Assembly (NCBI GenBank): GCA_965261545.1
Contig: CBDHDF010000010.1
Span: 608,001 to 672,000 of the forward strand
Direction of reading: 5' to 3'
Length of the DNA stretch: 64,000 bases
From: Bdellovibrionales bacterium
Lineage (GTDB): Bacteria; Bdellovibrionota; Bdellovibrionia; Bdellovibrionales; UBA1609
Made by a program: the position numbers and the translations under genes. This document shows positions 49,482-59,256 of this stretch, in pieces. Within the stretch, counting starts at the first letter, position 1. Each line of letters opens with the position of its first letter. The notes under the pieces were generated by a model. That model saw only the letters and a program-made list of their open reading frames with translations, had not been told where the DNA came from and did no database searches.

Positions 49482-51230
49482 ATGATAAAAATGTTAACTT
49501 CCTTATCCATGCACCAAGATTTCATATCCCATGTTCAAAAGCGTCGAACATTTGCCATCATATCTCACCCCGATGCAGGTAAGACAACCATCACGGAGAA
49601 AATTCTTTATGAGGGTGGCGTTATTCGTGAGGCGGGAGAGGTTCGAGGCAAGTCAGGGACAAAAGCTGCCAAGTCCGATTGGATGGCTTTGGAGCAAGAG
49701 CGAGGGGTTTCTGTTACATCAAGTGTCATGCAGTTTGATTATCAGGGATTGAGAGTCAACCTTCTCGACACACCAGGACATAAAGACTTTAGTGAGGATA
49801 CCTATCGCACTCTCATGGCTGCTGATTCAGCAGCCATGCTCATCGATGCAGCCAAAGGGGTGGAGCTTCAAACAAAAAAACTCTATGAGGTATGTCGCCT
49901 CCGTCAAATTCCCATTTTTACCTTTGCCAACAAGATGGATCGTGAGGGCCGTGAACCCATAGAAATCATTGATGATGTGGAAAACACACTCGGAATAAGA
50001 TGCTATCCTGTGACGTGGCCCATTGGCATGGGAGGACGCTTTGTGGGCCTCTATCATCGTCTCAAAAAGCAATTAATCCTTTACACCCGTGGAGAGGAGA
50101 GTCCTCAGGTTGTGCCTGTAGATGGCTGGAAAGATAAAAAAATCATGGACTTTTTGGAAAATGACCTCGCGAGTCAGCTTCAAGAAGACATGGCCCTCCT
50201 TGAAGGTGTTTTAGGGGATTGGAGTAAGGAGGACTTTCTTTGTGGGCAAATCAGTCCCATGACCTTTGGCAGTGCCAAGTTCAGCTGGGGCGTTGATTTA
50301 TTCTTGGAATTATTTGCTCAATATGCTCCTCCCCCCAGCCCTCGCAAGGCTTCCCTCCAGAGAGGGGCGGGGGCTGGAGTTGGAACTGGAAAAATAGGCT
50401 CACCCAGAGGAGTGGATCGAGAAGACATTCAAGTCGACCCATTTGATAAAAGGTTTTCAGGTTTTGTTTTTAAGATCCAGGCCAATATGGACCCAAAGCA
50501 CCGAGATCGAGTTGCCTTTGTCAGGGTTTGCTCTGGGCAATTTGAAAGAGGGATGAAGGTCAAGCACGTGCGCCTCGGGCGTGAACTGCGTCTCTCCTAT
50601 GCCAACCAATTTATGGCTCAAGACCGAGAGACCGTCAATGAGGCTTATGCCGGTGATATTGTGGGCATTATTGACACAGGCTATTTTCAAATTGGTGATA
50701 CGATCACTTCGGGACACTCCCTTTCTTTTGGTGAAATGCCTCGGTTTTCACCAGAGGTTTTTGCCAAACTTCATATTAAGGACCCTTTAAAAAGAAAACA
50801 ATTGGAGAAGGCTTCCCTGCAATTGGCTGAAGAGGGAATGATCCAACTCTTTTATGATTCCGCTTTGGGACGTCAGGACCCTATCCTAGGAGTGGTTGGT
50901 GAGCTTCAGCTGGATGTTCTTTTGCACCGGCTCAATGGTGAGTACAAACTCAATGTCAAATTGGAGAGACAGGTCTACTCTGTGGCTAGATGGGTGACTT
51001 GCAAAGAAAGTCACCAGGAAACTCACAAAGAGAATCACAAGAATCACAAGAATCACAAGAATCACAAGAAAAATAATCAAAGAGTGATCTCCTCTATTCA
51101 AGGAGGAACTCGCCTTCACCATGATATTCACCAAAACCCTGTGGTTCTCCTTGAAAGAGAGTGGGATTTAAAATGGTTATCTAAGGAAAACCCCAACCTA
51201 GATTTTCATTTTACGGCCAAGTCATTCTGA
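49482..51230 (+). CDS. prfC: Peptide chain release factor 3
   Basis: RRTFAIISHPDAGKTT, DTPGHKDF, NKMD, FKIQANMDPKHRDR. Confidence 0.97.
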   Translation: MIKMLTSLSMHQDFISHVQKRRTFAIISHPDAGKTTITEKILYEGGVIREAGEVRGKSGTKAAKSDWMALEQERGVSVTSSVMQFDYQGLRVNLLDTPGHKDFSEDTYRTLMAADSAAMLIDAAKGVELQTKKLYEVCRLRQIPIFTFANKMDREGREPIEIIDDVENTLGIRCYPVTWPIGMGGRFVGLYHRLKKQLILYTRGEESPQVVPVDGWKDKKIMDFLENDLASQLQEDMALLEGVLGDWSKEDFLCGQISPMTFGSAKFSWGVDLFLELFAQYAPPPSPRKASLQRGAGAGVGTGKIGSPRGVDREDIQVDPFDKRFSGFVFKIQANMDPKHRDRVAFVRVCSGQFERGMKVKHVRLGRELRLSYANQFMAQDRETVNEAYAGDIVGIIDTGYFQIGDTITSGHSLSFGEMPRFSPEVFAKLHIKDPLKRKQLEKASLQLAEEGMIQLFYDSALGRQDPILGVVGELQLDVLLHRLNGEYKLNVKLERQVYSVARWVTCKESHQETHKENHKNHKNHKNHKKNNQRVISSIQGGTRLHHDIHQNPVVLLEREWDLKWLSKENPNLDFHFTAKSF

Positions 51231-51284
51231 CTTAGCACTATTCGGTATTGATTTTATTCCAAAAAAAATGCATAATTTTTACTT

Positions 51285-52313
51285 ATGAAAAAATCCCTCC
51301 CTCCTCTTTGCTTAACCCTTGATAACACTTTTAAAGCATTTTTTAAGCATGACCAGGACTTACTCAAGCCTTTGTTGCAGGATTTTCTTCCTTTGCCACC
51401 CGGTTGTCGGGTGGAACATGTTCAGTTGTTAGATGCCGAGGAAAACTCTTCAGAGGCAAGCAAGCCTTCGGGAAAGACCTTCATCTTGGATATGAAAATT
51501 CGTATTTCTCGCCGATTGTCCAGTGGAGAGTGGGTTGAAAATGAGACTGTGAATGTGGAGATGCAAACCGTCTCCCAAAAAAACTTCACAAATCGCCTTC
51601 TTGCCTATGCTGGACGGGTCTACTCCAATCAAGTGAAAGAAGGAGAAAAGTACGAGAAATTAAGAACTGTTTACTCCCTTGTTTTCAGTACTGTGGACCT
51701 TCCTGAACTACGCACGGACAACAATTATTACCATACATGTAGCATGAGGCAGGATAGACGCCCTCATTTAAGGCTTACCGAGGGCATTCAGTTTGTCATT
51801 GTAGAATTGAACAAATTCATTGGCAGTTTAGACAGCCTTGTTGACCAGCGTGAAGCGTGGTGCTATTTCTTAAAAAAATCGGATGAGTTGGATCAACAAA
51901 CAGGCCAAAAGCTAGCCAAAAAAGGAAGGGATATGGGAAGAGCCGTTAAAAATTTGTGGAATTTGTCTCAAGACGAACTCATGCGAGAGCGCCTTGAATC
52001 TGAAGATAAACAGCGTCGGGATCGTTTGGCACAGATCGACACAGCCCATGAAGAAGGGCTTGAAAAAGGGCTTGAAAAAGGGCTTGAAAAAGGGCGTGAA
52101 CAGGGACGTGAAGAGGGGCGTGAACAGGGACGTGAACAGGGGCGTGAACAGGGGCGTGAACAGGGGCGAAGGGAAGAAAGAGAGACTTTTGTTTTAAAGT
52201 TACTTTCAGAAGGTATAGAAATTTCTGTTATAACTACAGTGACAAAGTTTTCTGAAGCTGAAATCAAGGCTCTCCAAAAAAGTAAAAATTTTAACAAAAT
52301 GACACCTACTTGA
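51285..52313 (+). CDS. Rpn family recombination-promoting nuclease / PD-(D/E)xK putative transposase
   Basis: DNTFKAFF, LDMK..NVEMQ, RLLAY; C-terminal (EKGL/EQGR)n repeats and terminal helices. Confidence 0.9.
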   Translation: MKKSLPPLCLTLDNTFKAFFKHDQDLLKPLLQDFLPLPPGCRVEHVQLLDAEENSSEASKPSGKTFILDMKIRISRRLSSGEWVENETVNVEMQTVSQKNFTNRLLAYAGRVYSNQVKEGEKYEKLRTVYSLVFSTVDLPELRTDNNYYHTCSMRQDRRPHLRLTEGIQFVIVELNKFIGSLDSLVDQREAWCYFLKKSDELDQQTGQKLAKKGRDMGRAVKNLWNLSQDELMRERLESEDKQRRDRLAQIDTAHEEGLEKGLEKGLEKGREQGREEGREQGREQGREQGREQGRREERETFVLKLLSEGIEISVITTVTKFSEAEIKALQKSKNFNKMTPT

Positions 52314-52352
52314 TGGATTTTCCTAAGCCCACTCAAGCAGCCCGGAGGGGCA

Positions 52353-52707
52353 GTATGTCGCCTCCATCAAATTCCCATTTTTACCTTTGCCAACAAGATG
52401 GATCGTGAGGGCCGTGAACCCATAGAAATCATTGATGGATGTGGAAAACACACTCGGAATGAGATGCTCTATCCTGTGACGGGGCCCATTGGCATTGGTG
52501 ATACGATCACTTCGAGACACTCCCTTTACTTTTGGTGAAATGCCTCGGTTTTCACCAGAGGTTTTTGCCAAACTTCAAAACCTGTGGTTCTCCTTGAAAA
52601 GTGGTTCTCCTTTGAAAGAGAGTGGAATTTAAAATGGTTATCTAAGGAAAACCCCAACCTAGATTTTCATTTTACGGCCAAGTCATTCTGACTTAGCACT
52701 ATTCGGT
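52353..52707 (+). pseudogene. Collapsed, decayed partial copy of prfC in three segments
   Basis: 52353-52495 matches 49890-50029; 52494-52577 matches 50691-50773; 52576-52707 matches 51132-51246. Confidence 0.92.
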
Positions 52708-52769
52708 TGTGTCTCGATGTCTCGATTTAGTATATTGACAAAACAAAATTTAAAAATGAAAATGTAAGT

Positions 52770-54018
52770 ATGTCGTATTGCAGCCTCTCTCTTAAACACA
52801 AGGCCAAATACAAAGTCAGTGAAGAAGGCTTTACACTTACTGCTGCGCTCATGTCTGTGGCTATCGTGGGTAGGTATGTCTGCCATGATAAGCATGCTTA
52901 CGTTTCAACATAAAGAACTTCAATCCATCAAAGAGCAACTTGTCAGTGCCAATATAAAACAATTTATCCTACAAACCGTAAGAGATCTCGAAAATTGCGA
53001 TTGTCACTTCAAACCAAGCTCCTACGCCACACTCCGCAATGTCAATGGCAAGCTTCGCGATGCGAACGGCATTGACTTAGGCCCCTTCACCATTGATACA
53101 ACGGCTGCGACCATTGGAGACATCAACCTCGGAAGTTTTCGTTCGGGAGGATGTCCTTTCACTTCGACCAGCAATACCATTGTCAAGACAGGTCAACTCA
53201 TCAAAGGCGTAGGGCAATTGAAAACAAAATCTGTCACGGCGAAAAATATTGTACCGATAGTCAACAGAAATGGAGAGTATACGGCCGAACTCACAGTTGA
53301 TTTTGAGAGTTCCCACCGGGCTCTCCGTCCCGCCATTGTCGATATTATTCTTTCGGTGGATGCTAGCATAGACCCAAAAGCCGCCACTATTAGCCATTGC
53401 GGACCAAAAGTTGCTTCGGCGAAGGCAGCTCCAGAAGGGGCCATCTACATCAGTATGGGATCACAAACCAATCGTCTGGAGAATGCAGGTCCTATATATC
53501 AGAGTTCATATGGTGTAGAGGGCTTGCGTATAGAAAATTCAAAAACGACAATAAACCAAAAGATCTCCTGCTACAAAGGAACCAATCTTTGGTGTGCAGG
53601 GGATCATGGGCTCACTCAAGCAAGTCAATGTGATTTGACTTACACAGGCATACACGTCTCATGCCCCTCCGGTTATGTCGTGTACGAGGCAAAGATATAT
53701 AATGGTGGTGGTGGTGGTGGTGTTCCTCCCCAGCTCTACAATACCACACCCTCTGGAGCTCGGTCTGTGCATTGCGATGTTCATCGTTTCAAGGGATCTT
53801 CTAATTCCAATGTCTCCTGCTGGAGTTCTTCCATAAAGAACTCCTACACGACTCCGAGGAATTGCAAGAAAGCAGAAAAAACAGAAGCCGCCCTCTACTG
53901 CCCCAAAAGATCTGTTACTCCTACTGAGCCATATTTGTATAATTTTGTGTTCTTCAAGGACATCTCAACAGCATTTCCTAACACATACTGCCAAGTCATG
54001 TGCATTCCAGCAAAGTAA
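52770..54018 (+). CDS. Type IV pilin/pseudopilin-like Cys-rich protein with an apparent +1 frameshift at about 52868-52870
   Basis: ATG 52770 reads ..EEG|FTLTAALMSVAIV, which joins ORF 52819-54018 (VGMSAMISML..NCDCHF..) if one G is removed. Confidence 0.65.
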
Positions 54019-54060
54019 GCTCTATTACTCTATCCCCTTCCCCTGGACTTTCGACTTTCA

Positions 54061-54987
54061 TCAACGAGATGAGTCGCAATGGTACTGAACCACTTGGCGA
54101 GCCACATCCATGGAGGCTTTTTGAAAAGCTTCTTCTGTAAAGGCTCCCATATGAGGGCTCAGCAAGAGACGAGGCTGTTGTAGGAGGGGAGAGTTCTGGG
54201 CCAAAGGTTCTTTGCGATAGACATCAAGTCCAGCCCCCGCAAGACGCTGAGAGCTTAAAAAATCAACAAGATCATTCTCATTGATAACCTCTCCCCTAGA
54301 AGTATTCACCAAAATACAGGATTCACTCAACAAAGACATGGACTGATGATTCAACATATTTCTAGTCTCATCGGTCAAGGGAACGTGAAGGGTCAAAATT
54401 TCACACTGCTTAAGAAGCTCTGAAAAACCCACGGGCACAACTCCGTGCTTTGCAAAGTGCCCATGGTCCACATAGGGATCATAGGCCATGCTCCTGGCTC
54501 CAAAGGCTTGCACCAGTTGAGCGACCCTTGTCCCAATGCGACCGAGGCCCACAATGCCAACAAGCTGACCCTGAAGCTCCCCACCGCGACTTAATAGCGA
54601 CCTCCTCCACTGGCCTGAACGGAGAGAAGCATCAGCCTCTTTGAAGTTTCTCAACAAACTTAAAATAAGCAAAAGGGTATGCTCCGCAACGCTTTGAGTA
54701 TTGGCTTCCGCAGCATTAAACACTTGAATTCCCCTTTCCTTACACAACGAAAGGTCAATATGATTCAAGCCACTGGTGGCCGTTCCCACCACTTTTAACT
54801 GAGGAGCCATATTCAAAAGACGATCGTCCACAAGGGTATGACTTCGGGTTAAAAGCACATGGGTGCCCAAAAGGTCTTCCCTCCCTGGTTGCAACTCCCT
54901 TGTGGAACTCAACTTGGCTGAAAGTTGGACCTTGAGAAATCCCTGAGCCTCAATACTATAAGAATCTGTAAGGGTGACCTGAACCAT
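54061..54987 (-). CDS. D-2-hydroxyacid / phosphoglycerate dehydrogenase (SerA-like, no ACT domain)
   Basis: SVAEH, GLGRIG, LHVPLT, NTSRG, LDVY.EP, SPHMG. Confidence 0.88.
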   Translation of the reverse strand: MVQVTLTDSYSIEAQGFLKVQLSAKLSSTRELQPGREDLLGTHVLLTRSHTLVDDRLLNMAPQLKVVGTATSGLNHIDLSLCKERGIQVFNAAEANTQSVAEHTLLLILSLLRNFKEADASLRSGQWRRSLLSRGGELQGQLVGIVGLGRIGTRVAQLVQAFGARSMAYDPYVDHGHFAKHGVVPVGFSELLKQCEILTLHVPLTDETRNMLNHQSMSLLSESCILVNTSRGEVINENDLVDFLSSQRLAGAGLDVYRKEPLAQNSPLLQQPRLLLSPHMGAFTEEAFQKASMDVARQVVQYHCDSSR

Positions 54988-55037
54988 AACTCCTCTCTTA
55001 ACCTCTTAAGTCTCTTAATCCTCTTAAGTCTTATCCC

Positions 55038-56219
55038 TTAAATATTGGGCAAACTCAATTGTTGCAACTGGTCCTGGGCCTTGCTGACAACTTCATTCAC
55101 TTGCCCCTCACTCAATTTCCACCCCATAACTCGAAGGCTCTGCCCTAAGCCTTGAAGGGTCGCCACAAGATCGTCATCTCTTATAAATCCCAAGTGTCCA
55201 ATGCGAAGAATCTTTCCCTCCAAAGACTCCTGCCCCCCCGCCACATAAATGTTGCCATCCTGAAGAATCCGTCGCTGAAGCTCTCGCCCATCCATTCCAT
55301 GGGGAACTTTAATCGCTGTGACAGAGGGACTTGGAGATTGAGAAAAAAGCTCAAGCCCCCACTCCTTCACCGCCCACTGGGTCACTTGAGACAAATTCTT
55401 GCACCTTTGCCAACTCACTCGCTCTCCGCAGTGATTGAGCTGATTGAGCCTATTCAACACCCACCTCAAAGCTCGAATATGGGAGACTGGTGAACTAAAG
55501 CGAGTGTGCCCCTTTTTGTGAGCCTCAAGTTCCAACTTCAAGTCAAAGTAAAATCGAGGGCATTGAGCCACTTGATTGGCTTTCCATGCCCTTGGAGACA
55601 GGGATATAAAGCCCAACCCCGCCGGCAACATAAAAGCCTTCTGTGAAGAGGCCAATACCACATCCCAACCCCACTCATCCACCTTTAGTTCCATGGCTCC
55701 CATGGCCCCCATAGCATCCACCATGAAAAGAACTTTGGGGTGGCCACGGCGCAACCATCGAGACATGTCCTCCACGGGATTTTTAGTCCCTGTGCTGGTC
55801 TCACAGGCTTGCACCATCACCGCCTTTATCAAAGGAGACTGCCCCAACATATCTTCCATCCCCTGAAGAGGCAGGGGATGCCCTTCATCCACTCTAAAAA
55901 TATGAACCCTCAAGCCATAGGCTCTTGCCAACTGAGACCAACGACGACTGAATTTTCCACTCTCCATGACGAGAACTTCATCACCTGGAGAAAGAGTATT
56001 TGTTACAGCGGCTTCCATCACTCCAGAACCCGTGCATGTAAGAAGTAAAACCGGTTGAGTCGTTGCAAAAACTTTCTTTAATTCACTGAAAACATATTTC
56101 AGCTCTTCAGAAAATTCAGGAAGCCGGTGATGCACCATAGGTTGAGCTAAAGCTTGCAGGACCTCCTTGGGAAGGGGCACCGGCCCCGGCGACATCAAGC
56201 GAAAGGGTTTAGATCTCAT
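55038..56219 (-). CDS. Class V PLP aminotransferase (serine/alanine-glyoxylate type)
   Basis: PGPVP, ETSTG, VDAM, SQKAF, RIGHLG. Confidence 0.9.
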   Translation of the reverse strand: MRSKPFRLMSPGPVPLPKEVLQALAQPMVHHRLPEFSEELKYVFSELKKVFATTQPVLLLTCTGSGVMEAAVTNTLSPGDEVLVMESGKFSRRWSQLARAYGLRVHIFRVDEGHPLPLQGMEDMLGQSPLIKAVMVQACETSTGTKNPVEDMSRWLRRGHPKVLFMVDAMGAMGAMELKVDEWGWDVVLASSQKAFMLPAGLGFISLSPRAWKANQVAQCPRFYFDLKLELEAHKKGHTRFSSPVSHIRALRWVLNRLNQLNHCGERVSWQRCKNLSQVTQWAVKEWGLELFSQSPSPSVTAIKVPHGMDGRELQRRILQDGNIYVAGGQESLEGKILRIGHLGFIRDDDLVATLQGLGQSLRVMGWKLSEGQVNEVVSKAQDQLQQLSLPNI

Positions 56220-56495
56220 AGCTTCCTCCTAAAGTCATTCACCTTACTCATAAGATGTCCTTATTTTCAAGAAAAACTCTTACCTGGAAAAGCTAGACAG
56301 GAACTGGCTCAAAATGACTCAAAGCTAGCTCAAAACTAGCTCAAAAAAAATTAAGGTTTCTCAAAAGGGCACCGATCAAAAATATAAGCCTCCATCCAAG
56401 AGCCCAACTATAAGGCCAGGGCAGCACCATCTTTTCTTATTAGCTATTTAACTTAACAACTGAGTTATTTTTAACTGAAAGGGCCATCTTCATAA

Positions 56496-58442
56496 ATGCA
56501 AGCGAACAGAAAAAAAACGGCTCTCTCGAAAGTGAAGGTGATTGTCGTGGCAACGATCACCTGGACTACTATGGCCTGCTCCCATCTCCCAAAATCCACC
56601 TCTCCCCAAACTCCCAGTGACCCTAGTCAAGCCCTCCACCACGAAAACTCCCCCACAATAAATCATATTTTTGTCCAGACTCAGGCTGATTACCACTACT
56701 CTCTCGGTGAGCTTTTAAGCCTCAATAAAGATCCAAAAGGAGCTATTCAGGAGTTTCAACGCACCCTCATCTACAACCCCAAAGCCACCATCGTGCTCCT
56801 AAGATTATCCGCGGAGCACTTAAAGTTAGGACAACTCAATGAAGCCATTGAGTATGCAGAAGATGCCATTGAGCAGGACCCAAAATTTGAAGAAGGATAC
56901 CTATTGCTAGGGGGCCTCTACACCTCCCTTCGCATGTATCAAAAAGCCACGAACCAATACCTCAAACTCCTAGAGATAAACCCTCAACACCTGGAGGCTT
57001 ACCTCCACATGGGAGCCCTGTTTGCAGAACAACAAGAATATAAAAAAGCTGAAAGCATCTTCTTAAAGATCGCCAAAGATCCTAACAACCCACAACCTCA
57101 CCTTCCCTATTACTACTTGGGCAGAATCTACAGCGAACAAATCGAGCAAAGCAAAAGCTTTATCACCAAGGCAAAAAAAGCCTACCAGGAAAGCCTCCGC
57201 CTTAAGGCCAATGACGAAAATTCTATGCTTGCCCTCATCAGCCTCCACGAGGAAGGGGGAAACCTCCAAAAAGCCCTCCAACTGGCCCACTCCTTCCAAG
57301 AGAGGTTTGGTCCTCGCCCACTCATTGCTAAATACCTAAGCATGGTTTATTTAGAGCAGGAGGTCCACGATAAGGCCATTGTCCAACTCAGATACCTCGA
57401 AGCTTTTGATCCATCCGACCTCAAAATTAAATTACAACTTGCTCTCATTCTCACCAAACAACAGCGCTTTCGAGAGGCCATTGATACATTTCAAAGAATT
57501 CTTAAGATAGCTCCACAGTCAGATAAGGCTCAATTCTACCTAGGTGCCATCTACGAAGAGTTGGGGGACACTTCCTCATCCATAAAGCACTTTTCTCAAA
57601 TCCATGCCATAAGCTCCTATTATGCCGACGCCGTGATTCACATGACAAGTCTCTACGCCAAAAGGCAGGACCTAGACCAAGCTCTTGAGGTCATTAAAAA
57701 GGCTTTAAGCCTTCGCCAAGACCACCCCCAACTCTATATTTTTTATGCCTCCCTCCTCAGTGATAAAAAAAATTATAAAGCAGCTATACATACCCTTTCA
57801 GAAGCTCAAGCGCGATTTCCCAACAACACACAAGTGCTATTTTTCCTTGGCACGATCTTTGACCAAACCGGTCAACTGAATTTAACAATCGCTCATATGA
57901 AGAAAGTCCTAGAAATGGATGGAAATCATGCGCGCGCTCTGAATTACCTGGCCTACACCTATGCTGAACAAAATGGCCCCCTTGAAGAAGCCGAAAAACT
58001 CGTTCGTCGAGCCTTAAAGCTCCAACCCAATGACGCCTACATCTTAGATACAATGGGCTGGGTTCTATTCAAAAAGGGAGAGATTGCCAAGGCCATCCAC
58101 TTTCTTGAAACCGCCCATGCGGCTCGCCCCTTAGAAAGTACAGTGGCCGAGCATCTAGGAGATGCTTACTCTAAATTTAAGCTTTTCAAGAAAGCAAAAC
58201 AAATGTATAAGTTGGCTGCGGAGGTTGCAGCCAATGAAAATAATGAAGCCAATGAAGCCAATGAAAACAATGAAAGAGTCCATCAGCTTCATACAAAAAT
58301 CAGCACCTTGGAACGCCAAATCCAAGCAAAACGAGAGCCTACACCTTCAACAGAGCGAAGAAGACCTGCGTCCTCGGCACAGCAACCCAAGCGACCCACA
58401 GCACCTTCCACAAAACAAAGACCTGCGTCCTCGACGAAGTGA
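56496..58442 (+). CDS. TPR-repeat lipoprotein
   Basis: Lipobox-like TMAC; many TPR repeats; ALNYLAY..DTMGW..EHLGDAY. Confidence 0.85.
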   Translation: MQANRKKTALSKVKVIVVATITWTTMACSHLPKSTSPQTPSDPSQALHHENSPTINHIFVQTQADYHYSLGELLSLNKDPKGAIQEFQRTLIYNPKATIVLLRLSAEHLKLGQLNEAIEYAEDAIEQDPKFEEGYLLLGGLYTSLRMYQKATNQYLKLLEINPQHLEAYLHMGALFAEQQEYKKAESIFLKIAKDPNNPQPHLPYYYLGRIYSEQIEQSKSFITKAKKAYQESLRLKANDENSMLALISLHEEGGNLQKALQLAHSFQERFGPRPLIAKYLSMVYLEQEVHDKAIVQLRYLEAFDPSDLKIKLQLALILTKQQRFREAIDTFQRILKIAPQSDKAQFYLGAIYEELGDTSSSIKHFSQIHAISSYYADAVIHMTSLYAKRQDLDQALEVIKKALSLRQDHPQLYIFYASLLSDKKNYKAAIHTLSEAQARFPNNTQVLFFLGTIFDQTGQLNLTIAHMKKVLEMDGNHARALNYLAYTYAEQNGPLEEAEKLVRRALKLQPNDAYILDTMGWVLFKKGEIAKAIHFLETAHAARPLESTVAEHLGDAYSKFKLFKKAKQMYKLAAEVAANENNEANEANENNERVHQLHTKISTLERQIQAKREPTPSTERRRPASSAQQPKRPTAPSTKQRPASSTK

Positions 58443-58491
58443 AGGCTCCCCTCCCCTAAGAGTTCTATCTAAACACCACCTTCTTCCACTC

Positions 58492-59127
58492 ATGTTTTTC
58501 CTAACGACCCTAGCTCTAGGCACCCTATCTTGCCAAACACTTCCCTCCATGGACGATGGAGCCCATGAACCACAGCCACAGATTCAAGAAGGGCATTGGG
58601 AAGCCAAGGTACGCATTAAAAATACAAAGACGAACTTCTCTTACGTAGTCCGCATGGATGCCTACGCAAAATACAATCAAAAAATGCGCCTTGATATCAC
58701 CCACATACTCACAGGCCACTTGGCCAGCTTGGCTTTAAGAGGCGAAGAAATGGAAGCCTTAGTCGTCCCGCAAAAAGTTTTTTACTCAGGAAAGATACCT
58801 CCTAAAGCCCTCAAGCTCATCATCCGAGTGCCCATTCACCCCAAAACCTTTTACAATCTTCTTTTTGCACGCCCCATTGTTGGGAAGGGTTGGACTTGCT
58901 CCGAAAACTCCCAACAACAGCTTGCAGAATGCTACAATTCACTGAGTAAAATCAAAGTCCTCTGGAAGTCCAAAAAAGGCTTCCCCCCCTATATCAAAAA
59001 TATTCTTGTACAACACCCCGCAGGGAGCTTGAAAATACATATCGCTCGCTTTGCCTCCCAACTTCCTCCAAGAAAAAACCTTTTTTACTTGAAAAAACCC
59101 GAGTCCTTCAAACTTCGCCAATTCTAG
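58492..59127 (+). CDS. Putative lipoprotein, possibly LolB-like
   Basis: MFFLTTLALGTLSC lipobox inside track ORF 58162-59127; lies directly after the TPR gene. Confidence 0.55.
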   Translation: MFFLTTLALGTLSCQTLPSMDDGAHEPQPQIQEGHWEAKVRIKNTKTNFSYVVRMDAYAKYNQKMRLDITHILTGHLASLALRGEEMEALVVPQKVFYSGKIPPKALKLIIRVPIHPKTFYNLLFARPIVGKGWTCSENSQQQLAECYNSLSKIKVLWKSKKGFPPYIKNILVQHPAGSLKIHIARFASQLPPRKNLFYLKKPESFKLRQF

Positions 59128-59256
59128 CTAGTACTGCTTTCACCAGTTCTAGCACTTCACCTCTAGTACTTCTTTCACCAGTTCTAGCACTTCACCAGCT
59201 CTCATCTCAACTCTCATCTGCATCTGCTTGCTAAGCAGGAGCTAGGAGCTGTGACG

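Noticed and set aside
52353..52707. DGR template repeat for prfC
   Set aside because: The differences are not adenine-specific and include indels, and no reverse transcriptase gene is nearby.
58162..58491. N-terminal 110 aa of track ORF 58162-59127
   Set aside because: Mostly overlaps the TPR gene in another frame; the lipoprotein signal starts at 58492.
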